DNA of 64,000 nucleotides. It comes from Penicillus capitatus. Its lineage: Eukaryota > Plantae > Chlorophyta. Of the stretch, positions 48,053-63,133 are shown piece by piece. The notes below the pieces were generated by a model. That model was given only the letters and a program-made list of their open reading frames with translations, made no database searches and was not told the origin of the DNA. Positions within the stretch are counted from its first letter, which is position 1, and each line of letters begins with the position of its first letter. The stretch spans positions 663,101 to 727,100 of the forward strand of contig OZ287696.1 of assembly GCA_965649825.1 (NCBI GenBank). The letters are read 5' to 3'. The translations under genes and the position numbers were made by a program.

Positions 48053-51000
48053 ATGCCTGAACGCGCTGTCAAAGGTCTTGACGCGTCAAGTGGCGCTGCC
48101 TCGGATTCTCCAGGGGCGAAAAAGATGGGCACTGCTGGGACAACGAGTCCAAGCAGCTCGACGGCACACAAGCGACTTTCGCGTCGTTGTTCTACGAATC
48201 CGCACCAGTTGGCTCAAATGTCTGTGAAGTTCAATAAGAGCAAGGAACGTATTGAATACTCGACAGACTTAGCGAACGAGGACTCGCAGCAATCTCTTAC
48301 TGCCGTTCGGGTAACGTTACCGCGCACGGATTCTCGCATCCTTCTGTTTTTAGCCAGCGGTGTCTGGTTTCTCAGCAGCTTCTGACATACAGCTGTGGTT
48401 TAGGAGGAGGGCACACAGCCGCACAACGACCAAGCTAGTATCGAGTCGAGGTGCATCTGCAAGAATAGAGAACGTGATCCGACCGAAAAACGTCGGGCGA
48501 GATTTGCTGGGAACTCTATCACAACTTCCAAATACAACGTTGTGACGTTTCTGCCCATTTTCCTATTTGAAATGTTCTCCAGAGTAGCTTATCTCTATTT
48601 CCTTGCTCAGGTTTGTCCATTGTCACTCTCTTACCAAGTGTGATGGGAGGGTGTGAACACAGGCAGCATTGTCCTGGTGGGATGAGGTGTCTCCCTTCAG
48701 TGGAGTGGGTGCCACAATGGCCCTGTTGTTTGTCTTGTTAGTATCAGGAGTGAAAGCCATTGCCGAAGATCTAAAACGACACAATCAGGATGGTGTTACC
48801 AACAACAGTCTCACACGCATTGTCAACCCTGAAAACGGCAAGCTCACCTTACAGCAGCCTCTTTCCCAATTTACATGCAGCATTGCAGGGACGTTAAAAG
48901 AAACAAAATGGAAAGATGTACAGGTGGGTGACATCGTGAAGGTGATGGACGATGAACTTTTTCCTGCGGATATTCTATGCCTCAAAACGGGTCTCCCTGA
49001 CAGAGTCTGTTTCATACGAACCACCAATCTGGACGGAGAATCGAATCTCAAGATTCGAAAGCCTGTGGATCTTGATGTCACCCGCTATGGCCAGGAAAGC
49101 ATTTCGATGAGTATCGATGAAGCCCCTACGGAGGTCAATGCCTCCGACGCGGTACTCTTCCCTACACTTATGCCAAGCTCCGTCGACGCTGCGTGATGTA
49201 GACATACGAGTTCAAAGACAGTGTCACGCTGGAGTGTGAAATGCCCAACGGCAACTTGCACAAATTTCGAGGTCGGCTGGATGTGTACAAGGACGAACGG
49301 TTGTCATCTGGCGTGACAGCCTCCATTCCGATCACAATGAGTGAAATGCTTCTGCGTGGGACGCTTCTGAAGAACTCGAACTATGTGTATGGACTGGTGG
49401 TGTACACGGGAAAGGAAACCCGTATTCAGATGAATGCTGCGAGAGTTCCACTGAAGGTGGGATCCTTTGACAGATTCCTGAACATTCAGATCGCCATTCT
49501 CATCTCAGTCCAGGTCTAACCACCAGCCCCGACACCACCATACAACGACCTGTCCCGTTTCTAGACATTCTTGTGTGTGCTGCTGGCCATCTTCAGTTAC
49601 ATTTGGCGAGAAGAAGAAGGGATTGATCGTTATCACCTGGCACTGGATGTCTATGTGGAAGGCAATTACGAAGATGGCTTCATCTATGTCTCATTGAACT
49701 TTATCACATTTTGGATTTTGACGTCTTACATGGTTCCGATCAGTCTTTTCGTTACAATGGAAATCGTAAAATTCTGGCAGGTGCATATTTCTCTCTATCT
49801 AGCAGGGCTGGAGAGATCTGTGTGCTTCTGTCTAGGCTTTCATGTTCATAAACAATGATCCCCACATGACGGACGAGCTCAATCCAGATGACCATGCCCA
49901 TGCACGGAACTCGAATCTCAATGAAGATCTTGGGAAGGTTCAGTACATTTTCAGCGATAAGACAGGGACGCTTACCAGTAACGACATGCAATTAAGAATG
50001 GTGAACATCAAGGGAACAACATACGGTGCTATCGATTTCAGGTCTGCTCGTCCCTTGTGCTATACCGGCAATCATTTTTCTGTATCAGATTAGAATCCTA
50101 TCCCACTAATCAACGCGGTTTCCCAGCCTTGGAGCAATTTGATCACAGAATGGCACGAGTAAGCTCACTGTCTGCGAAGAGATCGCCATAAAGCATCATT
50201 CTGTGTCAGTCAGTGGATCTCCTCCAACGAAAAGGCTTCTGGGAAGACCTTGTGGATTGCGGCGGTAGTCGAGAGTACATTCTGAGCATGCCTGTCAGCG
50301 ATCCTTCTCTACACAGCATGGACTCTGCAGATCGCAAGATGCTCACGTCCGAACTCAACGGTCAGCATCCTCTTCCCTTCTCCTCTCTGAAAGATCTCAT
50401 GCATTCTTAGAGCATAAGCCAAAAAGAGAGCACAAGGACATTCGATCTAGTCTTAGTAGTATTCATGCAAGTCCGAATCTGATCCGTTCTCTGTCGACCT
50501 ATACAGATTCTGGTAGATATCTGTGAAGCAGAGAAGGCTGTTCACAGACAGCGTGTGTATAGGTGTTATGATCACCATTGATAACCTGTATGTCCAAGAC
50601 TACATCTTTGGATGGCATATGGTGGATTTCTGGACCAATATCTGTCTATGTCATTCTCTAATCATCGAAGAGAGAGAAGCGCAGGACGGCAGTATTGAAA
50701 AGGTGTTTCAGGGTCCCTCGCCGGACGAGGTCGCCCTTGTCGAAGCAGGGAGGAATGTGGGATTCATTTTTCAAGAAAGAACAAAAGATGGTATTCTCTT
50801 GAACATGCAGGTCAACCACAGCACCCGATTCCATTTTCTATGTGTGACCACTGTCGATGCCTTCAGGGCCATCCTGTTCATTTCGAGCTGTTGAATGTCT
50901 TGGAATTCAACAGCGACCGAAAGCGCATGTCCGTTGTTGCCAAGTGCTCAGACGGGACTCTGAGGCTTTTCTGCAAGGGTGCAGATAACATCATGTTAAG

Positions 51001-53005
51001 CAGGCTGAAACCAGAATTGGATCCAGAGCTCATTCGCGCCACAGAGCAAGCACTCTACGATTTTTCTGTTAAGGGATTAAGGACCCTGGTCCTGGGAACA
51101 CGTTTGTTGGATAAGGAAGAGTACGAGGCTTGGGATTCCAAGTATCAAGCAGCCGCACGCAGTCTAAGCGAAGACCGCGATACCACCATGAACGCCATCG
51201 CCGAGGAATTGGAGAAGAACTTTGAACTCGTCGGACTGACAGCCATCGAGGACAAGCTTCAGGAAGGTGTCCCACACGCAATCGAGACATTAAGACTTGC
51301 AGAAATGAAAGTATGGATGATTACCGGAGACAAGATGGAGACAGCGATCAACATTGGAATTTCCTGCAACCTCATTAGCTCCAAGGACGTTCTTAGACTT
51401 ACTGCAGAGAACAAGACCGAAGCTGAGAACTGTGTGATGACTCTGCACACAAATGCCGATGAGTTGATGGAAGCCAATAAGAAAGTGGAGCTCGTTGTGG
51501 ATGGCCCCAGCCTTGTACACATATTAGGTGCGTGGTTTTTTGACAAGTGCATCGCGATGACGGAGGTGCTGTTGGTAGGAACACCTTTGGAGAATCGATT
51601 AGCAGAGCTGGGAGCTAAATGCAGTGGAGTGGTTGTCTGTCGTTCATCTCCTTCACAAAAAGCAGCCATTGTCAAGATCATGACTGTCAGCTCAAACGTC
51701 TTTTCACACATCGGCGTGACATCGCCATCTGCATTTAGGATTACGAGCAGAGACTTGTAACAGAAAAGAAATTCCTTGGACGCTCCGCCCCATGGTTTGT
51801 TCGATGGTGGCGTGCAGAGAATCGTCGAATTCAAGTGCGTCCGTCAGTCCGTAGACAGACAGACAGCTGGATGCATGGATGGATGTGTTGTCTAGAGCAA
51901 AGCATTAGGCATTGGTGATGGTGCCAATGATGTTGCCATGATCCAGGCAGCAGATGTCGGAATTGGCATTGCAGGCAAAGAAGGACGCCAGGCTGTTAAT
52001 AACAGCGATTATGCGCTTGTGCAGTTCAGGCATCTCGTCCGCCTCTTGCTGGTTCATGGTCAGCTCTCCCACTACCGCTTAGCACGGCTCATCAAATACT
52101 CATTCTTCAAAAACATCGCCTTTGCTTGCATCCTCATCTTCTATCAGTGGTACTGCGGCTTCTCAGGTAGATACACCCTCTGTCTGTATGGATATGGATG
52201 CCATACGATGATGGGCTTTGTTTTAGGTCAAACATTGATTGACGACATTTCTGCAGCCATGTACAATGTCGTGTTCACTTCTATGCCGATCTTGCTGTTC
52301 GCTTTGCTGGATCGTCCAATGGGCAGCTCTATGTTGATGCGCTTTCCGCAGATGTATAATCACAGCGATTCTTTGAGCACGGCTGTCTTCTGGAAGACCG
52401 GAATTCTGCAAGGATTGATCGATGGCGCCATCTGCTTCTTTATCCCTCTCTACGCCATCACGGCAAGTGGACCTGAAGCAATTGATGGCGTCTGGGCTGT
52501 TGGCAAGACGATCTATATTGCAATTCTCGGCGCAGTGACACTTGAAGCTTGCTTGGTAGCACGATACTGGACGAGTACGTTCTTCCTGTTCGTCTTCCTC
52601 AGTTATTTCCTGGTCTATCCTTTCTTTCTTTTGTTTCCCTACGTCGAACGAGGTATCAACTACTTCGACGCCAGTCAGTACGGTGTGGCGGAAGATCTCT
52701 TCAGCACTCCTGTGTTTTGGGTGGTGATTCTGGCCATCTACGCTCTCACATTCGGCATGAGGTTCGACCACACAGCCGCCACAGTACTGGCAGATGCAGT
52801 GCTTCGATGTAGGTACTTTAATCGGTCAACCAAATGGCTCTTTAAACCAGACGATAACATGATTCTCGCCGAGCATGAAAATCAGTATGGCGAATTCAAG
52901 TTCCTGACGGAAGGAGAACGAGCGCGGCTGCAAGCCTTGGGTGTCCCGGGCGTCCCTCCAGATTCTGGCAGAGCTTCAGAAGAGGATATTGCTCAAATGG
53001 CCTGA
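48053..53005 (+). CDS. ALA: P4-type ATPase (phospholipid flippase, ALA/DRS2 family), multi-exon
   Basis: NSITTSKYN; [11 protein letters not shown]; LLRGTLLKN; [16 protein letters not shown]; [11 protein letters not shown]; [10 protein letters not shown]; [11 protein letters not shown]; [12 protein letters not shown]; TGDKMETA; CRSSPSQKA; [19 protein letters not shown]. Confidence 0.96.
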
Positions 53006-53636
53006 TGCCGCACACAGTACAGATGCTGTCGCTTCCTGCATATCAGAGAAAAAGGTGAAATGTGTGTGACCCAATAACCGTAAATTTGCCAATCAAAACA
53101 CCCTGTCATTGTTATGGGTGACCATTTTAAAAACATGACGGCTTGCTGTTTGAATGTCTCACACGCCTGTGATTGGCTCAACTGTGTAAGCATGATTCGT
53201 GTTTGACTCGGAGGGCTAACGGCACAGAAGAGGAGGCAGCAGTGCGACCATACATATGGCAGCCGTGGTGTTGTGCGTGGAGCATCTTTTCTCTCCCTGG
53301 AAAGGACCCACCCTTTGTTTGTATTTACACACGACTGGGTCACATGGGGATACAGAACAGAGACAACTGCATGCATTTCACCTCAGAGGGCTCCAATCTA
53401 AATGGCTACATGTCCATGGAGGTCATGCAACGAAGAATATTGATGACGGCATCGGCGGATGTCAGATAGAGTATTCTAGTAGCAAAGAACAGGTCACTGG
53501 ATATATATCTTCGTTATCGCAGAGATCTCAGAATGGCACTGGTGGAGCATACACGAACAACAGCAAGGATGCAGGTATGGCGGGAAACAGACAAACGCAT
53601 ATCGAATCGTGTGAAGAGCTGTAATGCTGCCGTGCT

Positions 53637-56600
53637 TCAATTGCCGGATGAGGTTGGCTGCACCTCAGACGGTGGACGGCCTCTTCTGGATCGTGCACGT
53701 TCTAGACGATCCATCATCTCATCGCGTTTCTAGACAAGTCACATATACCATGCTTGCAAAAGAGTGAGAAATTGACAAGACAGGCAGACCTTGAGAAACT
53801 CTCGTGCATGAGGGGTGACACACTTGGGATTCTCCGGAACGTGGACTTTCGCAGCTAGCTTATCAGCCTCACTATAGCCTGTTGATTTGCCAGGCCCTGA
53901 TCCTTGGTTCATGAGACGTGATCTGCACGAGGCGTTTCTCAGCTTCGGCTCACGATGGATGATATGTCCTACCTGATTTCGTCAACCAAGGCGTCTCGCG
54001 CTTTGTGTCCGCGGTGCCAGTTGGGAATGGTTAGCTTCAGTTCCTTCTCCATGAGAGGAATGGTCAGGCGTTGTGCACACACTTCTCCTCTTCGTGCCAG
54101 ACGGACATTAACGAAATGCAACACATCTTTCTCTTGTGCTGAACAGCAGCGATCAGTAACAGTGTCTGACGAGATGGTATATAGCAGGTACCCTTGTTGA
54201 CGGCATTGGCTGGCTGTTTTTGTCGCAGCATTCCGTTTGGAGATGCCTCATAGTCTTCATCATCCTCCGGTTCCGATTCAGAATCATCAGAAGAATCGCT
54301 CAGTCCATGTTTCTAATACAGAACCGTCAATCCCTTAGCCTTCTGACGAAACATGCGCAACGATTCTACCTCGTCATCTTGAACACCCTCGACCGCATCG
54401 GCATCGACTTGACCGTTCTGTTCTCGCAGCATCACATTGATCGTCTCTAAACACATTCTCCACTCCAACACGGTTTTGTGGAATGGAAGTCGTACTCCTT
54501 CTGTTAGGAGTTGTGGCGACATCGTTGATTTGCTGCAACAGATCTTCCACATCGGAATCGCTCTGGAGAAACATCGATCGCTAAGTGTGCGCGAGTGTTG
54601 CTGTCGCCTGACCTTGTCCTGTGCCTGTTGAGATGGTCCAAACTTTGACGAAAGAGAGACGGCGGCGACGGCTGCGGCTTCTGCTCTGACGAGATTTCTT
54701 CTCAAGGCCTGGATCTCTTGTGTCATGATTTCCAGTTTCTCTTGCAGTTCTGTGGACTCTTCTGCCAATTGAGCATTGTCGTTGTAGTATTCATTCGCTT
54801 GGACCTTCTGGTCACTGGCGAGCTTGAAAAGAATCTTCAGTAGGCTCCTAGCTTCGGCAACGGTGCGAATGCCGTTCCATCTCTTGACATCGTTGACAGA
54901 CCCAATGCGTTCTTCACTACCGCGTGCCTGCTCATACATCTTCTGGACTTCAGCAATCTGTGAGCTATGATGCGCAATTTTGGCCTCCAATTCACTCTTC
55001 CTCTTCTGCAATGTTTGATGGGTTTCGGCCAGACGAACAGGAACGTGATCGCCAGCAGTTGCTCCTTGCACATGTTCCAGGCGTTTCTCGATCTCAAACA
55101 TTTGCCTATGACACCACAGATCAGCATTCCACTCCACGAGTCGTCAAAATACGAATGACCTGGAAGCGTGCTTTCTCTGCTCGACTTCGCCATCCAAGAC
55201 ACGTTTCAGGACAAGACTCTGGTCGAACAGGTCAAGAAAGAAGAGGGAGGGAAAGAGGATACCTGATTGCAACTATCAAGTTCCTGTTCCAGCCACTCCA
55301 GACGCGCCTTGTCATCTCTGAGGACAGATCCACCCTGATTCGTTGGCGTCTCGCTATTTGTCCGACGATTCTTATTTTCTGACTGATTTCTGTTGCTGGA
55401 ACTTATCTCCTGCGACAGACATCTTCACTGTATCCATCATTCTTTGATGCAATCGGATGGTGGACCTTCAGTCTTCTTCTAGCAGCTTCAGCTTCTTCTG
55501 TCTTTCTTCTGAGCACAGTCTGCTGCTTGCTATGGAGGGCTTCAATCCTCTGCAGTTTTGCTTGGGCCACACGATTCTACACACGCCATACAGCGCCATG
55601 AATCCCACACCCCATTTTACCTGTTTCTTCAGATGCATCATCTCTCTTTCCTTCATTTTCATCTTATCATTATGTTCTTTGTTCTTCAGTTCAATCTGTT
55701 TGTGAAGTTTGACCTGTACACAGACATACAGTGCTCGCTCACACCTGCAGCTCCCGTTCCATGGTCATCACACCTTTTGTGCCTTGATGCGTTCGACATC
55801 AGATCGGAGCTTGGAGCAAGCATCCTCTGTCTTGCGCTTCAGTCTCTCCAGTTTCATAAATTCTTTCTCCTTCTTCTTGAGCTCTTTGAGTTCCTCGTCC
55901 TTCTCCTTTAGCTGATGACGATAATGCTCTTCCAATCTGAGCTGCTCCTCGTGTGACATCGCCTTCATGTTTTGTAACTTCTGCAAGACATGTCACATCA
56001 TGGTGAGTGACGTCGAGAGTCGTGGGAGTGATGATGTGACGGACCATTGCCAAATCTTGTCGCTCCTTCTCAAGCTTGGTCCGCTTATTCTCAAGGCTTC
56101 GGAGCTGTTTCTCAAATTGCTGACGAATGGCTTCGACCTGTGTCGAACTGGCCGTCACTTTCTTAATCTGCATCTCCTTCATTTCCAAACTCCTCTCCAG
56201 TGTCACCAACTCCTCTCCCAAACGCTGTTGCTCCAATCTACACCACAGAAATCCCAAACACCATCACTCTTGCCGACAGAATACCGACAGACCTGTATGC
56301 CTCCTCTTCGGCAGCAACCATCTGTGCACTGACGAGATCCTGATCCACGTCTTCGAGTTCAGGAATCTGCATGTAGGTTGTTGATCTCTGGAATGGCATG
56401 GAACTGTGACTGGGTGTCTGTCCCATCGAAGCACGTTGCATGAAATCATGTGAAATGGCTTTGAGATCTTTTAGTGTGTGATTCTCTTGCTCCAGTTCTG
56501 CAATTCTGTCGAGATATCCTTGAATCACATCCTCGCTGCCCATGTTGTCCAGCGTCTCTTCTGGATCTGGCAGCTCGACGCCATCGGCCTCCAACTGATC

Positions 56601-58288
56601 GAGCTTCTTCTTGAGCTGATTGTATTTCATATTGAATGTATCGCACTTGCACTGGGCATCGACTTGGCGCACTCTCGATTCCTTGGCATCCCTCAAAGCA
56701 GATTCCTGAACAGGCACATGCATTCGATGAGATGCAGCTGTCACATCAAAGCAGCTGTCAACAAACCAGTTGAATCTTGAGACGGGCGTTTTCAGACTCG
56801 AGTTGCTTTCTCTGTTTCTCAGAATTCTCGAGCTCTTCTTGTAAGTAAGGATCGGGTACGCCCAACTGAATCTCTTCTCCGTTTCCTGCTTTCTTGTACA
56901 TTGCCAACTCGCTTCTGGCCAACGCCAATTGCTGTCTGAGGTAAGCAAATTGAGCAGCAACGGGATCTCTGTTCACCACAGGCTTATTCTTAATGGCACG
57001 TGCCTGATTAGCGTATCTAAAAACAGAACCGACCATGAGAGGTGCAGATAAAGACAGCCACAGAGGCAGACCGTAATGTATTTATACTCTCTTCCATATT
57101 TATGTCTGCAGGACTGACACATGCAATCATCACCGTTCGGCTATTGCCTCCCAACGAGTCTTGCAGCAGTCGTGTCAACTTGCTATCTCTGTAGGGAACG
57201 TGGCGGTGATGCTCTACTAACGAACTGATGACTTTTCCCAATGCCAAGAGGCCTTTATTGATATCGATGCCTTCTTTAAGTCTCTGTCCCTCTGCCTTGG
57301 TTCTCTTGGCCCTTTCACTCCCAGCCAAATCTACCAAGTGCATTTTTGCAGTGAGAAAATCATCCACCACATCTTCCTCATGAGCCGTCGTCTCTTCTTC
57401 CTCATCACTGTTTTTCTGACAGTCATCTGTTAAGGAGACTTGTTTCCTTTGCTCCAGAGTGATGGTAAAAATGGCATGAGAACGACTGGAACGGGAGTTC
57501 ATGTTGGTGGATGCCGTTGCTCGAAATTGAGATCCTTGCGAAAGCAATTCGCCTGTTTGCTCTTTGGATGTCACTTCACGTTCCGTAGCTCCTGCGAGAC
57601 ACACCCCGCCTCCGGGCATCTCACGTACAGATACCGATGTTGTGCGATTCAATTTGGCTTGATTTTCGCCAAAGACAAGCAAATCACGAATCTCTTCCTG
57701 CACACACCAACCGTGATACCGTCAGCCATTCGCACATGCAGACGTGTGCACTGTGCGTCGTACTTTGTGAATTTCGACGAAGCTGGCACGGACGGTGCAT
57801 TCAACGAGTGGCATTGTCTTGATTCTGTCGAAGATCTGATCTAGAACAGAGGGAATGACGCCTACAGCTGCCTGGCCGGGTGTAAAGGCTGAGCCCATCG
57901 TATAGGTCTTGCCAGAACCCGTTTGTCCATAAGCCAGCACAGTCGCATTATATCCCTTAAAAAGTGCCTCCACAAGTGGATGGATACAGTCGGGGAATAG
58001 GTTCTGTGGTGGAGAGGCATTACACGAGCCGTAGACGCGGTCGAACAAGAAGTTCTTTCCGCAAGCAGAGACCTACAACGAGATATTCCTGCGCCACAGC
58101 AAGACGTCGCTTGGCATCACTTGGGCGAGCCCGGCGTCAACGTCAAGACATTCTTGACAGCCTTCCACCAATTCGTTGCCGATGAGTGGACGAATATTGA
58201 CGGCGACACAGACAGAGCATTCCTCTTCTTTCTCTGTCGATTTTGATATGATTTCAGGATTTGCGGCAGACGGATTTTCTGCGTCCAT
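53637..58288 (-). CDS. KIF4: Kinesin-4 (KIF4/chromokinesin-like): N-terminal motor + long coiled coil, multi-exon
   Basis: VAVNIRPL; [20 protein letters not shown]; [13 protein letters not shown]; [12 protein letters not shown]; [21 protein letters not shown]; [18 protein letters not shown]; IKAQKV; [15 protein letters not shown]. The last exons were assembled by eye to the TGA at 53637. Confidence 0.93.
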
Positions 58289-58321
58289 GGTAAAACGAAG
58301 ACGGGACGCAGTGAGTGGAAG

Positions 58322-60132
58322 TTAATGGCAATACACAGAACCCATCATCATGTCCACATCGTCCAAAATCTTCACCAAAACTTCTTTTTCCATGGCTGTG
58401 CCGTAGAGATGCACAGAAAAGCGTTCTTTGCCTTCGGGCTTCAACTCGACCGTCGAGGAATGATCATGGTGACGGACATGAAGAGAAGAAGGGGTATGTC
58501 GTGTGACATCCCATGGACCATGGGCACGCATCGTCTGTTGGATAACGGACAGCAATCGATCCAACGAATTGCCGCCACTCTACACAGCGTCGCCCAGTAG
58601 GAGGGAGAAGAAGAGAGGAGGGTGAACGTGGAGGATGTGGGTGGAAGGGAGAATGGGTTTAAGTGGTTTGTCATCTGTGTTTTTGGCGACGAAAGACCAA
58701 GCAATGGCCCATCGTGTCATTTTCCCTTGCTCGAAGGTGGTGGTCCTCAGAGCCGCCGGGCCGATGGTGTAAAGCATTTTCCGAATCTGTGCGTCCAGCA
58801 TCTCTTCGAGAGGGGCGAAAAGGAATGCGCATGACTTACTGTTTTGAATGTGGACTTCTTTCCCATCATAGCGGAATACCACACAATCTGATCGCCCAGT
58901 GTGATGCTCTCTTGGACCATCTTCTTGACAAAGGCGCCTTCGCCACCTGGCGGGAGAGGTTTCATTTTTGTTAAGTGGTTGGATAAACCTGGATAGACCA
59001 TTTCTGCAGAAGTGCCGCCGAATGCCGTCTTCTGATTCTGTCCTGCTTCTTCGATGCTTGTGAAGAACGGCGGATTGCTCATAGAGAAATCAAATGGTCC
59101 GTGCTTCTGTGCCACAGGAATCAGAATCTCTTGTGTATCTTCGGATACTTTCACAATACGAATCGCATCACGGAATCTCATATTCCTGTTAACGTTCTGT
59201 TGGGCATGATACACGGCGACGTCGGTAATATCACTTCCCACGAAATGCCAACCGTACATCGAAGCGCCCAACAAAGGGTAGATACAATTGGCCCCGCAAC
59301 CAACATCCAACCCAACAATCCTCTTCTCTGTTACCCACGACAGGTCTGGTTTGTTGCGGAGGATCGGCAGATGTGTACCGGGAGACGGTTTCGTAAGCTG
59401 CAGCAGGTCGTGCATCCAGACGAGGTATTTTGCTCGGCATGGGACTGGAGGTACCAACTGACCCACGGGTATGTCCCACTCCACATTGTAGTACTCCTTC
59501 AGCAGCACCTTTGTGAGCTCCACTGTTCCTCGAGGGTCTGAAAAATCCATCGAGAAAGAACCCTCTGTCGACATACTTCTTAAACACACATTCTCGCAAT
59601 GCATCGAAGCGGACCTCTCATTCTCCATGTGTAAGACTGAAGCGAGGGATATTTTCCCCTCAGCTTCGCAAAATCCGCAGGACTGTGAACAAATTCAGCA
59701 AATGCATGATGCGTCGGATGCAGCAGCTGTCCTGTAAAACCATCGTGTCTTCTCTTATGCGATATCCGATTGGAGTTTTCTGAACAGCGCGGCCTCTGGC
59801 AGATAAGATGGCGACAGATAGGACATGCCTGAAGCATTGTCATCTGTCTCCATGGTGTCGTCGTTGGTGTCGTCGTCTTGATCGGTAGGCAATTCATCGA
59901 GCACATCCAATGTATCTTTTATGGCATCTTCGATTTCTCTTTTAACCTTTGAGGCTCATCGTTCAATAATATGCACTCTTGCAGAGATGGTCATGCTTTT
60001 AGAGTCTCTTCCGTTTTGTCTTGACGTGACAGAAGAGCGAGATCTTCTTGGTATCTTTGAAGGGCCGCTCTCAGCTCTGCCTCCTGTGACGTTGATTCAG
60101 TATCAGGCGATGGAGACGTTGAGACGTACCAT
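58322..60132 (-). CDS. METTL16: METTL16/FIO1-like RNA m6A methyltransferase (5' end uncertain)
   Basis: LHP...DFAKL...YPSL; MDFSDPRGTVELTKVLLKEYY; LVPPVPCRAKY; GLDVGCGANCIYPLLG; catalytic FSMSNPPF; GGEGAFV; WYSAMMGKKS; QGKMTRWAIAWSF. The acidic N-terminal extension to ATG 60132 requires two GC-AG introns (inferred). Confidence 0.88.
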
Positions 60133-60250
60133 CGTCGAATGACCTTCGCTCGAAAAGACGTCATGTGTTCGTTGTTTGCAAAGGATGTGACGCGTCGCGC
60201 CGCGCCGCGCGTCCTACAAAAGCGACGTCCCTTCGAATCTTCGCTTGAAG

Positions 60251-61303
60251 ATGGTTCTCGAAGATGTCACGAGAGAAGTAACCGACGCCGAGTCCAATGC
60301 CGAAAATCAAAAGAGTTCGCTATCGGGGACAACTGCACGACGCGGCATCAGCCCAAGTCGACGGAGCACAGTGATCACATGTCATTGCACATTTCTTTCT
60401 CCCGACGTTTTGATCGTGTCGCAGCGTCAAGACACAAAGAGTTTTCGAGAGACGACGGATGATGAAACGAGTATATCGCTGGCTTCGACGCTTCCCTGTC
60501 GGCGCCGATCTCGATCGGATCCTGAAGTGGTTCGGCGCCTTTCGACGGAGAAACCGAAACGTCGACGAGAATCGCAATCGATTGTCGACGATCGGCCGAT
60601 CGAAAACGCATCGTCCCGGTCGAAGGCTTTTCCTTCTTGCGATGTTGTTCGTTCGGATATGACACGCTGCTCCTTGATGGATGTCTTGGCGACCGTGAGA
60701 GAAGACGAAAGAACGTTTCCCGATGGGTACGCTTTTGTCCAAAGCTGATTCTGATCGATGATCGTAGCTACTCGATGGAATCATGCGCCTCCCTGGACGA
60801 TCTTCGGCTGCATCGTATCCATGATCGCTTCGCCGAACACGGCAGCCATCTCAGTTTGAACAAGATTCGACATTACACTGTGACGTGACGTTCACATGTA
60901 CAGGTTCACTCGATGCCTTGAATCACAACTACTGTGGTAACCTCAAGGCTGCGATGCTGAAGTTTCTGGATACCGTTGTCGGATACATTCTCTATGTTCA
61001 GACTCCCGCGCATTTGGGTGAGAATTGCAGGGAGCCATCGCCAAGTGATCTTCTGTACTAGGTGTGACAAGTGCCTCTCCTTTAGACTGTCTGTTGAGTA
61101 TATGGATGATTCCGGAGTATCAGATGCGCGATCTCGAGAAGTACGTTTTGCACTGGTGGCTGCGCCATGAAGTGAGAAGTGTGAAGCACTTCACTGTGAG
61201 ATCAGCTGGGCCAGACACCAGAGCATGGCTCCAAGCCGAAGGATACAAACGGCCCAAGATCACTCACGCCGCAGATCATGAAGACTACATTGCCATGATA
61301 TAG
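60251..61303 (+). CDS. Hypothetical protein (low-complexity N-terminus, possible degenerate GNAT-like C-terminal domain)
   Basis: ORFs 60245-60748, 60637-60888 and 61064-61303 are linked by plausible short introns. C-terminal IWMIPEYQMRDLEKYVL...TRAWLQAEGYK weakly recalls GNAT motifs A/B. Confidence 0.4.
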
Positions 61304-61607
61304 AATAGAAAACAGAGACTAGAAGAAGAAAAGCATGATGACAACACATATATAGCACAACGCGAATTTCTTTGTACAAGACTCAGGGGTGATGTGAGTG
61401 GCATTGGAACTGGTGATGGAGGAAGGGCACATCATTCGCAGGAGGGATATGTGCTGAATGAACACAGTGAAAATCCAATGATGTAGAAAAGCCAAAGATC
61501 TTCACGATTTTAGCATCCGAACAGCGTAATGCGCGTTTACATGATCGTTGTCTCCGTTGCGGAGATGCCACACAAAGGGCCCCAATGTTGATTGGATGCA
61601 TCTATTC

Positions 61608-63101
<1,494 letters not shown>

Positions 63102-63111
63102 CTCAAGAACA

Positions 63112-63133
63112 ACGACGGTGCGCGCACCGTCGT
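63112..63133. promoter_or_regulatory. Perfect 22-bp palindrome in the 71-bp ASD/RRP4 divergent intergenic gap
   Basis: ACGACGGTGCG|CGCACCGTCGT is self-complementary. A regulatory role is inferred from position only. Confidence 0.5.

Noticed and set aside
49020-49060. DGES instead of DGET in the P4-ATPase actuator domain
   Set aside because: A conservative change that keeps the catalytic Glu; DGES occurs in functional P4-ATPases.
20628-53005. Lipid-gene enrichment (PIG-P, LPCAT, PLAT-PP2C, P4-ATPase) as a pathway cluster
   Set aside because: The genes belong to different pathways and are dispersed among unrelated genes; likely coincidence.
53173-53733. Plus-strand ORFs after the P4-ATPase stop
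   Set aside because: They lie in or overlap the 3' regions of the convergent ATPase and kinesin genes and have no recognisable product.
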